Shown piece after piece: positions 21,014-32,380 of a DNA stretch of 37,254 nucleotides. Both the position numbers and the translations under genes were made by a program. The notes below the pieces were generated by a model, which ran no database searches, had not been told where the DNA came from, and saw only the letters and a list, made by a program, of their open reading frames with translations. How positions within the stretch are numbered: the first letter of the stretch is position 1; every line of letters begins with the position of its first letter. Location of the stretch: NCBI RefSeq assembly GCF_000143415.4, contig NW_003314354.1, positions 1 through 37,254 of the forward strand. Reading direction: 5' to 3'. The stretch is from Selaginella moellendorffii (lineage: Eukaryota; Plantae; Lycopodiophyta).

Positions 21014-22734
21014 ATGGGGGAGCTGCTGGTGATGGCGGCCATCGCGACTTGCGTGAAGATCCTACTTCTTCCATCCTACCACAGCACGGATTTCGAGGTA
21101 CACCGCAACTGGCTGGCGATCACGCACTCGCTCCCTGTCGATCGGTGGTATGTCGATGAGACCAGCGAGTGGACGCTGGATTATCCCCCATTCTTCGCGT
21201 GGTTCGAGCGCCTTCTGTCGGCATTTGCAGCGGTATGGGATCCCAGGATCGTGGATCTCAGCGCAGGGAAAAATTACGCCAGCGCTTCGTGCCTGTTGTT
21301 CCAGAGGGGGAGTGTGATGGTAGCAGACAGTGTGCTCTACCTTGGACTGTGGAGCTACTGCAAAGGTATGGCACCAGATAAGAGGAAGTTGGTCTATGCA
21401 GTGGTCGTGTTTTCTCCCGGGCTCTTAATCGTCGATCACATCCACTTCCAGTACAATGGATTCCTTCTGGGGATTTTGCTGCTGTCTCTGGCAGCGCTCA
21501 AGCAGGGAAAAGATCTTCTGGGCGGAGTGATTTTTGCCGCCTTGGTCTGCTTCAAACACTTGTTTGCCGTGGCTGGGCCAGTTTACTTCGTCTATTTGCT
21601 TCGACACTACTGTTCTGGCCCGAGAAGGCTGCGCAACTTTTTCCAGCTCGCCATTTCGGTGCTTGGTGTTGTGGTGCTCGCTTTTGGACCCTTTGCTTAC
21701 TATGGCCAGGTAGGCTCTGCTTCCTTTTCGTCACCATTTTTGTGTACCAGCAAACTTTGTTTTCAGATCCAGCAAGTTTTAAGGAGATTGTTTCCATTTG
21801 GACGAGGATTATGTCACGCTTACTGGGCTCCAAACATCTGGGCTATGTACAATACAGCAGATAAAGCTCTGTCTATCCTTTTCAAGGCTGCTGGTTTTAA
21901 AGTAAATTCCACCACCGCGGCTTACACTGGAGGACTCGTGGGCGAGTTTTCATCTTATGCGGTTCTTCCAAGCGTGAGTTTTTTCGTCCTTCCATTTTGT
22001 TTCGCTTCTCACAGTACCTTAAAAAATGCAGATTACGCCGCTGATAACATTCGCCATGGTGTTGTCATCGCTTGTCCCTTGGCTTTATAAGATTTGGAGA
22101 AACCCACAGCCTTCCAGAGTTGTCTACTATATCACATATGCTTACATGTGCGGCTTCATGTTTGGCTGGCATGTCCATGAGAAAGCGTCACTTCACTTTG
22201 TGGTACCCTTCAGCCTGATCGCAGTGGAATCAATGGACAATGCAAACGATTATCTATTCCTTTCGACAGGTACCTCATGTGCACGTATCAATCTTGTACC
22301 GCTCTCAAATGGTTTTGTATCGTTTTGTTTCTTTTGCAGTTTGCTACTACTCGCTTTTCCCCCTGCTCTACGAAGCCCCCGAGTATCCCATTAAGGTGTT
22401 GGTCCTGCTTCTTTATTCCACGCTGCTGTGGGATTGCTTTTCAAACTATTTCAGCGTCAAAGTGGACGGCAAAGGCGAAGACAAATCAAAAGCGTCACGA
22501 CATTCAAGGACAGCGTTGGGAAGATTAAAATCAAGCTATTTGGCCGGAATGATTCTTATAGAGATATACGGTCAGTTTGGACACCGATTTCTCTTCCCGC
22601 AGCGGCTCGAGTTTCTACCACTGATGCTGGTGTCAGCTTATTGTAGCATAGGCGTCTTCTATATATGGGTGCAGTGGTTTCGGTCTGGGTTCTCCATCCA
22701 CGACTGGTCTACTCTACCACCTCCGAGTAAGTAG
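21014..22734 (+). CDS. ALG8: Dolichyl-PP-Glc1Man9GlcNAc2 alpha-1,3-glucosyltransferase, 4 exons
   Basis: YHSTDFEVHRNWLAITHSLP, WTLDYPPFFA, DHIHFQYNG, RLFPFGRGLCHAYWAPN, FGWHVHEKA. Exons to 21709, 21767-21973, 22032-22269, 22340-22734. In-frame upstream ATGs at 20912 and 20930. Confidence 0.95.
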
Positions 22735-22921
22735 CGCTTGCAGAAGTTCTCTCAGATCCAGTGATAACGATTAATTTACAGAGGACAAAAAATTTGGAGT
22801 CTAGTCCTTGAATGTAGAGCTAAAAATCGATGATGCGATGACGGCACAAGTCAACTCTCCGCAATATACATTCGGAAAATGTCGGCAGGATGCTGGCCTC
22901 GTCTTACGCATTGGCTGGATC

Positions 22922-25277
22922 TCAAAGGCCCAGCAGCACATAGTAGAGAAGATTGATGGGAAGTGAGATCAGCATGCCGAAGATTACACTGTAAGAAGAA
23001 AGAGACAACCCGGGGATGGTGAGGCTTGTTCAACGACGCTCATCATACTTACGCCGTGCTGAGACATCTGGATGGACGTTGTACTCCTTCGCGAACACAA
23101 AAGGAACTATTCCTTGTGGCAGTGCTGCCTGGACAAGATCAACAAGAGTTTGGAAAAGTTGGGACATGGCATTGGCGATTACCTGGATGATGGAGGCCCT
23201 CAACTGGACATTTCGGAGGCCAACAGCAATCGACGTCGCAGACATAATAGCAGGGCCTGTCACGAAGCGAATGATCATCACGACAACAGCCATGGTAGTC
23301 CCGCAGGCTATTAAACTCGATTGCAGCGCCATAAAGAGGCCTGGAGAAGAAAAGTCTCACCGACGTTGGCAACCAATCGACAAATATAGTGATTGAAGTA
23401 CTCACCCAGACTGAACATGGCCATCCCCAAGCCTGCGTCGGACAAGATTGTGATGGAATGCTCGAGAATTTTTGGCATTCCGACGTTCCATCTGCCAACA
23501 GATGACGAGCTTTAGCGATGAGACAAGCTAGGTAGAAATATGGATGAAGAGGATACCTGAAGGATATCAGGGCCCATGCAAGCCCGAGCAGACTCGCGTA
23601 AGTATTTGGATTTCGGATCAGCTTCTTCCACATCATTCTCACGATGAGTTTTGTCATGACTGTAGGTGGTGGCATTTGAGTCGGAGCTGACGAGTCGCTG
23701 TCAACCAGTTTCGGTGGCGTGAAGGGAACCTTGCAAGGCAAATGTGATTCGCTCTTCAGATTCTTCTCTGACAGCGGGGTGGTGTCTTCTCTTTGGAACA
23801 GAACGTTATCAACGAAGCTGAAGTCTTTGGCCATGCATGGATGTAATGGTGTGGAGTTCGACGGTACTACACTCGTAAGTAAGGATGTAAGTTTTCCTTG
23901 AAACAGAAATAGAAACGTACTTACTTTGAATTGACAGGTTCTTGTGGCTTGTCAATTTCCTGGTCTCGTAACAGCCTCTATCAGACGCAGGAGAGTTGCT
24001 CGAGCTCCACACCAGCATTTGCATCTCTCGAGATTCGTATTGCTGTTGCTGGTAGTCCATCTTTCTCGCGGCTTCAGCTAGTTTCATGGGAGAAAATACC
24101 TGGTTGCCGACAAACAATCTCTCCAGTGGGCCTGGACTCCTTGGAACTTGTTTCTGCAACTCATCATGAGCGGTAGTTTTGGGTGATGGCGAGTAATGGT
24201 GCCTGCCGGGGGTGTAAGCGAACATATTACTCTGCTCTCCGAAGGANNNNNNNNNNNNNNNNNNNNNNNNNNNNNNNNNNNNNNNNNNNNNNNNNNNNNN
24301 NNNNNNNNNNNNNNNNNNNNNNNNNNNNNNNNNNNNNNNNNNNNNNNNNNNNNNNNNNNNNNNNNNNNNNNNNNNNNNNNNNNNNNNNNNNNNNNNNNNN
24401 NNNNNNNNNNNNNNNNNNNNNNNNNNNNNNNNNNNNNNNNNNNNNNNNNNNNNNNNNNNNNNNNNNNNNNNNNNNNNNNNNNNNNNNNNNNNNNNNNNNN
24501 NNNNNNNNNNNNNNNNNNNNNNNNNNNNNNNNNNNNNNNNNNNNNNNNNNNNNNNNNNNNNNNNNNNNNNNNNNNNNNNNNNNNNNNNNNNNNNNNNNNN
24601 NNNNNNNNNNNNNNNNNNNNNNNNNNNNNNNNNNNNNNNNNNNNNNNNNNNNNNNNNNNNNNNNNNNNNNNNNNNNNNNNNNNNNNNNNNNNNNNNNNNN
24701 NNNNNNNNNNNNNNNNNNNGACGATGTTGGCAGCTGACGGTCCAGGAAACTGCTCCAAGATGAGATTTTTGGCACTTCTGTACTCGTAGAGGAAGAGCAG
24801 CAGCGTGTACCAGACAATGCACTGCAGAACGACCGCTTGGACGACTAATTCAGCTGGCTTCTCTCCGTACATCGCGACTTCGAGAGGAATCCCCAATACC
24901 AGTGTGTTTGGGAGCGTTGACACCATGAACAAGGTAATGGCCCAGTCCAAGTCTTTACTCTTTGTGCCACTGGTGCTCCTGACTGACGAGCTGAACTTTT
25001 TGAGCCTAGACCAGGATGCGAGGACTGCGAGAACAATGAGCTTCTGGAGGACATCAGCGGCTACGAACCTGGGATTCATGTCGTATGGATTGTTGTGCGC
25101 TATGATTTGAAAGGAGAGCAGAGGTACTGCAAAGATTGCCACAAATCTATTTATCCCAGAGCACTGTGCAGGTGTGAGCAGCTTCCACCATCGAACGGAG
25201 CCATAAGCAAGGATCATTGCGACATAGAGTGGCACCACAGCCGACATCACCGTGTAAAACTCTTGCAACGTGATCAT
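22922..25277 (-). CDS. PIN: PIN-FORMED auxin efflux carrier (long loop), interrupted by an assembly gap; 1-nt frameshift in exon 5
   Basis: [117 protein letters not shown]. Six exons. Confidence 0.95.
24247..24719. other. Assembly gap (N run) inside the PIN hydrophilic loop
   Basis: Run of N. Confidence 1.
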
Positions 25278-25406
25278 CTTCGAGAATTGGAGCTTTGATC
25301 CCAGGAGAATTGTCAGACGAAAGGAAGTTAGACGACCACGGAACCGCGAGAAGTTCTTGTTCTCCTCACCCGCATTTGAAGTGAGGACACACAAACTCAC
25401 ATACAG

Positions 25407-25434
<28 letters not shown>
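25407..25434. repeat. (AC)14 microsatellite upstream of the PIN start
   Basis: Perfect AC run. Confidence 0.95.
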
Positions 25435-25440
<6 letters not shown>

Positions 25441-28099
25441 TCGGTCTAGAAGAGAGGTAATAGTATTTGAAGGAGTAAGATACTTAATTTCTTTCCTTGC
25501 TTGCAGCGGGCCATAGAAAAATGCGACCTGACAGAGGTGGTGATGAGAGGAATATTTAAGTTATTTGAGAATGGCCTCAATCACCACATATCTTCTCTGC
25601 TGCTGCTGGCTACAACATGCAACTCTCCTTTGCGAGCTAACGATTTCTCTCCTTTCTCTCTCGCTTGATGGGGGCCTGGCAGCAGACTGCTACATTACAA
25701 CGGTGTATTCTACCAACACCAAAGATTTTTGGCAACAGATCTTGGATGCATTCCATGTGATCGAAGCTGGTCCGTACAGAGCGCCATAGTTTATGGCACG
25801 AGTTTCTACGTAGAGTCGAGGAACTTCCCACTCTCTCAGGAGGTATTAAGCTGTCTTTGAAAATCTCTTTCGTTGTTCTTTGTTTTTACCAGGATCATGG
25901 TTTCTTACAAACTTATTCCGCAGTTAAGTCAATTCCTCCATGTGGACTTTGGAGTGCGCTTGGGTGCGAAAGACACACTGCACAGCTCCCCGTTGACGGA
26001 CACGGCAACGAGCAGCTCGAGTTTAATAGCGGCGTCGCGTTCCCACTTTGTCAAACGTGGTAAGTTTCTTATTCGTCACGCTTGTGATCTTCCTTCCGAG
26101 CATTGCAAAATCTCCGTAAGTTTAATTTTTGTCACGCCGGTGCTTCCAGGTTGGTTCGGATGATAGGACAGTCACCTCCATGTGGGCGATCATTTGCGGA
26201 GCGAGCACCCAAGACAGAAAAACAATCGCGGCAACTTCACCATTAAACAAGTGAGTCGCAAAATCATTGCTTACGAGACAAACGAGTATAACTCGAGACA
26301 ACCCCAACCTTGCATTTCAGCGTGAAACATCTGTCAAGCCTCGACCAACAGAAACAAGGAAAAGGAACGATCTCGCGTAAAAGATGGACAATCCGGGAGC
26401 GTTGACAACATCTTAGCTTCCGGAAATGGTTCCCGAGGAGGGAGGGGGAGGAGCCGCAAATCAAACAGCTAGCTGGCTTGAAAGTTGGCGGGGTGCTGCC
26501 CGGGCAAATCCAGATTATGTAAAGTTGGAGCGAGGCGATGACGAAGAAAGGCCACCGGCCGCTGTCGAGTAGAAAAAGAGATGCTGAGGCGGTCCGGGTT
26601 TTTTTAGCCGATGCCTGGATCTGTGAACGAGTTGGAGAAGATTTTGCTGTGTCCATGGGGTCCGTGACATGGAGCGTCGAGATGATTGCGATGCGAGCTT
26701 TTCCTGGGCCCGCAGTGAAGAAACCAAGTAATGTTTGTTCTAGAATCCCAAGAACCGCTAATAAAGAAGATTGATCACATCAACGTAAGTTTCTTCCAGG
26801 TTCTCTCTTTCTCCGTTTCGTTTCTTCTAAGCTGGGTTTTATGTTCGACTAATGCTTTTGGTTTGGATACTAAGGATCATAATCTTCTTGAGACGGTGGG
26901 CCGGCTGAAACTTTTCTTATTTTTTGCGACACCACTTGATCAAGGCAAGCATAAGTGATAGCTCGTATTTTTGCCTGACTTAGTAAAAACTATATTTAGA
27001 ATGTTCAAACAAATTCTAACACTTAAAACTTTTTTTAATTCACTTATAATCAAGGTTAATGCTAGAGAGCAAAATTTCCATATGAAATCGGCTTTGTATC
27101 ACTAGTTTAGATTTCTAACAATTTAGTCTTGGCAATATAAAAATTTAAGTTTTAGTATTCTGAGAGGTTCTTGAGAGAATGTTTTTATTAAACAAAAACG
27201 TGCTAAAATATAATTAATTTTTTAAATTTCATTATAAAATTAGCTATTTTTGGCAATAAATCAAATGCAGCTGGTTTTATTTTGGATTAAAATGTGAACA
27301 TTACAAAACTAGTAAATAATTATTTTTATATAAAAATTATGAGGTCATTTTAAAGTAATTTCAACTTTTTTATTTCCACTTTTGTGTACCTACAATTACC
27401 CAAAGTTAACCACTGATACTAAGTTATAATCTAATGCTAAATGACAAGACAAAAAGATTTAACCTTCCTAAACTATATTACACCTTCTCTTAAAGTTCTT
27501 TACCATTTAACTACTTCAAAAACTTTATTATAATCATTGCTCTATTGTGATTTAGGGTAGGTTTTCCCTTACCCTACCATGCTTGAGCTTCTATTTGACC
27601 TATATTGATCATATGGTCTAATCTCAAATATATGATATAAAAGTTTTCTAAAAACTTTTTTGTACACTGAAAGTTCACAGACTTGATTCACTCATATATC
27701 ATACTAGACTAACAAGCTCTTTGATTAGTATGAGCTATCCCATCTATGGCAGCTTGCTATTTTCCTAATCTCTTATTAATTTTATCTTTTTTAAGTGAAT
27801 TTTCTTAAAGTATAAATGAAATCTATAATATAACTTATATTAAAGATTCAACCCAAACCAAACCAAAAATAAGTTTTTCTGGAGTTCTTATGTTTTTGCT
27901 TTACTATCCTCATATTGTTTCTTCATTCTTTTTAATGAATTTTGTTTCCTAAGATATTGTGTAGAATTTTTAAATTTTATCTAAATATGGTTTTTTTTAT
28001 AATTAATCCATATCTAGCTTATGTTGATCTTTTTTATTTTATGTGCTATTTGAATGATCTAAGACATTATTTATTTCCATTAAAACATAAGAGAAATAT

Positions 28100-29968
28100 T
28101 TATAATATCATTGTCAATAACATCCCAATCATAAAACTCACAAATGCAGTTATTGGGAATACTATTGGGTGCACATTTTGTCTCCACCATATGGAGTTAT
28201 ATGATGAATTAGATGTAGGTAATTCATTGGATGTAGTACAATTTGTATATAAAGGTTTTCCACATAACTCAGCATTTCCAATATAAGCAAAAGGGTCAAA
28301 TGTCATAAATTGGCCACTAGTAGGAATTTGACCTGATAAGTTATTGAAAGAAACATTAAAAATAGCAAGTTTGGTAAGGAACTCAAATGATTTTGGAATG
28401 TTCCCTTCAAAGGAATTATAAGAGAGATCCAATTCTTCTAGATCAAATATGGAGCCAATATCATTAGGAATGCTGCCATTAAGTAAATTATTTGAGAGCC
28501 TCAAATACTTAAGGCCCTTAAGTTTTCCAATATTCTGTGGAACATTTCCTTTTAATTTGTTGCCTAACAAATCCAATAATGTAATATCTTGTAGTAAATA
28601 CTTATAGCGGTAATTTCCTCTTTTAATATGAAGCACTAGTTCATATGATGAAATAGACTCATTAGAAGAAGAAATGGGATGTGTGAATGCTAAAAGGCTG
28701 TCAAAATTATTTGGAAGTAGACCTTCAAACTCATTATTATAGAGGTCAATCACTTGAAGTAAAGGGCAGTTCCATATCCAACCTGGTATATCTCCCGAAA
28801 AATTATTTCCACCCAAGTCTAAAACTCGGAGTCTAGGAGCAAAACTCCAATGGGGAACTGGGCCAGTTAGTCTATTATCTCTTACGCAAAAAACTTCCAT
28901 ATGAGTTGAGTTTACGCTTGGGAAGTATCCTAAACAAAAATGTTATTAGTAGAATTAGTATAAAGAACAAACAAACACCCACCTGTGAAACTGTTATTTC
29001 CTGTCACAAACCATTCCAGTTTATTGCAGTTTTCCAAGCTTTTAGGGAAGTTACCACTAAACTTGTTGTTATCAATCAAAAACTTTACTAGATTTGGCAT
29101 AGTCCCAAAAATATCTGGGATTTCCCCTTGGAGGATATTGGTAGCCAAGCGGAGAACTTCCATGTGTGAGCAATTTCCCAAGCTAGAGGTAATACCACCC
29201 GAAAAATGATTATTAGAGAGGTAAAGATCAGTGAGACTGCTAAGATTGCCCAAGCTGAAGGGGATATAGCCTGAGAGTTGATTGAATGATAGGTCAAGAT
29301 ACTTTAGCATCTTTTGATTATCTAAGCTGGAGCGAATAGATCCAAATAGCTTATTTCCATATAAGTCAAGATGAATAAGATTTGTCATATTGCTGAAGCT
29401 GGGAAGGATATCAGTAATATTACAGTCATATAAGGAAAGCATTCTAAGTTTATGAAGTTGCAAAAGTGGTGTTGGAAACGTTCCTATAGAAACTCCACTA
29501 ATGTCAAATTCCTTCAGTTCATGAAGTTGTCCAAATGAACCTGGAAGCTTTCCTGTGAGATTTGTTTGTCCAAGATATAATTTTTCCAACCCAAGGATTT
29601 GCCCAATGGAAGCTGGTATAACACCTGAGAGGTGTTTGTTAAAGCTCACATTCAACACTTTTAAATAAGTAAGCTGCCCAATATCAGGAGAAATGCTACC
29701 AAATAGATCTTGGCTGCTTAAGTCAACCTTGATAACATGTCCAATAGAATCACACTTCACTCCTGTCCAATTATAGCATACGTGCATAGAGTTCTCCTTG
29801 CTCCAGCTGCTCAATAGATGATCACCATGATGATTGTAGATCCCCTTTGAAATGGCAATCAAGGCTTTATACTCCTCAAGCAAGAGATGGTTTTGAGATG
29901 CATATGCATGAGTGCAAAAGAGCAAGAATTCCAATACTAGCCACTGCAAAAACAAAAAATAATTTCAT
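28100..29968 (-). pseudogene. LRR receptor-like protein (signal peptide, LRRNT, LRRs, island, TM, no kinase), probably disrupted
   Basis: LSSW..C.NWTGVKCD cap; LxxLxLSxNxLxGxIP repeats; FNVSFNNLSGQIP..GN..LCG. Intron 28930-28982. ATG 29968 is out of frame with the LRR frame, and a TAA falls within the TM segment. Confidence 0.8.
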
Positions 29969-29999
29969 AAAAGCATCATAAACAATCTGGTAACCACTC

Positions 30000-30750
30000 A
30001 CCTGCTCCATGAATTTTTGTAAACTCCAGCACCTGAATGGCTGAGATGCTTTGAATCCAAGTAGTCTTTGCCCTACTCGTAAGAACGTCTTATATTTGAC
30101 AGGTTCAGAAGCCGTGTCTAACGGGTTGAGAAACCGTGTTTGACAGGTTTGTTTCCCGGAACACAAGCCTTGGAATAGGACCAACGATGTCGATGTGTTG
30201 CATAACTACGCCCCATGCCAATTCAGCGTCTGCGTGTGCATGCTTCCAGCACTCCTTCAACTCCTCTAGACCATAGCCGACCGCAGAAAACCCTACAGCC
30301 TCCCGAGACCTTCATGTACTCCTTGTAGTTTTTCTTATCGGGACTTCCTATCAGCAGGGCACGAGGTAGCCGGAATCTTACCCCCATCATGGATGTAGAT
30401 AGTGTTCTTGTCGCCAAAGTACTTGGACGCCACAATCCAGTCACCGAGAACCGACTGAAACTTGCCATCCCGGAAGAGGAAATACTTCCCGGGAGCCACC
30501 TTCTCATAGTAGTAGACGGTCGTGTAGCGTCTTGTCACCGCAAAGAGGAAGAGAAGCAGGAGACCTGTGAGCGATTTGCTGATGCCTGGATTCCCAATGT
30601 AAAGCTTCCGTATGTTCTTATTTTTGTCAATTTCGTCGAGGAACTTCTGGTAAAGCTCCATACACTCATGGTTGGTCCCGACCGCGGTCAGACAGCTCCG
30701 TTCGGTGATTCCGTTCGGCGAAAAAAATGGCGATTGCGCTCGCAGGGGCT
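30000..30750 (-). pseudogene. Crinkler/RHS-type (CR) P-loop NTPase remnant
   Basis: ECMELY..YIGNPGISKS..TTVYY..YFLF..TIYIHDG..CPA [fs] LLIGSPDKKNYKEYMK..LWS [fs] LEELKEC..IVGPIPRLVF. Confidence 0.65.
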
Positions 30751-30934
30751 AGATTTCTGATGGTGCTGCGGCTATCGCCATCGCCACTGCATCTCCACCG
30801 CTTTGCTGTTCTCCTGCTGCTATGGAGCGATCCATCCATCCACGAATGCCCAGCCCAGCAAGCCTACATCGAATCTGACCAAGAGGGCAATAGCCTATAG
30901 GAGCTGCGTGCGTACCGAGCTCTATAGGGCGACA

Positions 30935-31714
30935 CTCTCCAGTCGGTCAGCCTCTGCTTTCGATTGAGCGTGGAGCAGCTCGCTACAGCCTCGCAAATCA
31001 CCGTGATGCTTGAAATTTTTGCCCTATAATGGAAATTACGATTCCATGATTTCAGAGATTTGATTCTAGCAATTCTAGCGATTTTGGCACAATTGAGCAA
31101 TGGTGCCCGATTGGGCATGGTCCCATGTTACCAAGCTCACTCCTTATGCTTCCGGCAAAAGAGTTAAGTGTTAGAAATGTAATGAAATGTAATTATTGTG
31201 GAAAAATGTATGGCAATCTCTATATTGAGCCAAGGAGTGTGCTCTTCTCCATGTGAGTGAAATTAGAGTAGTTGAAATTTAATCTAAACCAAATGACACA
31301 ATTGCTTGCTTCTAGAGAACTTGAAGAAGTTAACACTAGAGTGGTGGATCATGTTGAAAGTGAAGGAATGAAGTTCTTAGAGATTGATCTTGACACAATT
31401 GCAATCGAACCACAATGGATGAAAATTGTAAAGATGCAAGCTAGATTTGAATCTCTTGGTATAAAAGATTTCGCCCAAGAAGATTTTTTAAATGAAGATG
31501 TGATTGTTGAGGAAGATGCCAGAGATATTGAGGAACTTGCTAAAGATGTTGAAAAAGATGAGTTTGGTTTGGTTTAATGCTTTGGTTTTTCTACTTTTTT
31601 TTTTATTAAAAAATAATTGTGAATTGTTCAGCCCTTCAGCATTTTCACAGTCAGTCCATAACCACGGTCAACCAATCGGCTGGTCGGCATTCAGAATGGT
31701 CAAGACTAACCTTG
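30935..31714 (+). mobile_element. Internally deleted, decayed hAT transposon
   Basis: BED-finger start (DWAWSHV..RVKC / MKCNYCGKMY, 31100-31211) abuts a dimerization-domain motif AISILSQGVCSSPCE*N*SS (~LAIRILSQ..SSS.CERNWS), followed by an acidic tail. Candidate right end AACCTTG at 31708-31714; left end not found. Confidence 0.7.
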
Positions 31715-31747
31715 TATACACTCATCAGGCCACTACCAGGCATGTCC

Positions 31748-32380
31748 CTAATGATGTAATTTCTTCTCCCAGAATAGAAGATGGGAATTATACTGTATCA
31801 TCACAGATAAATCCCTAAATGAGAATTTACCACCTTTGATGTCATACATCATCAAACTAGCTCTCCAGACGTAGATAGATACCACCTTGTCCTTGAAAAC
31901 CACTGAGGTTAACACAAATCCCTCAAACAATCCTTTTTCTTCTTCCACCCAGCAAGATTGCCCACGGGATAATGTCAAAACGTGGTTATTAGAAGTCCAT
32001 GCCACAATTTTGTAATACCACCCTTCACCTCTGATGCAAATGATCTTATGATGAAGCTCCAGTACTGGCATGTCCTCTTTCTGGATTTTGGAGATGGCTT
32101 CCCAGTTACCTAGAAAGGGATTTCTAATGTAGTATTGATGGTTGTGCTTGGAGATCACTAGGTTATCTCTGAAGGTGTAGGAGTACATTCTATGTCCCCT
32201 CAAATGCATAACCGTCATGCTAGAGTCCATGATGCTTGCGTAGCACAAAATAATGCCACTGTCGCAATAAAGCTTCTTGAAACTTGGCATGCTTACGACC
32301 TTTCTCCACTGCTTGCACACTCTCCTTACCCTGAAAACGCTTGAAATAGGAAGCTTTAGAAAGATTCCTCTGGCATCCTC
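31748..32380 (-). pseudogene. F-box protein, truncated and frameshifted
   Basis: MPEE [fs] IFLKLPISSVFRVRRVCKQWRKVV..F, then YYIRNPFLGNWEAI and YYKIVA, typical of plant F-box/FBA proteins. Confidence 0.65.

Noticed and set aside
23897-23924. 28-nt PIN intron
   Set aside because: The 58-nt intron 23867-23924 also keeps frame and fits local intron sizes better.
24183-24817. ORFs spanning the first N run
   Set aside because: Gap artefacts.
25565-26958. Short ORFs upstream of PIN
   Set aside because: No motifs or coherent exon chain; likely promoter DNA.
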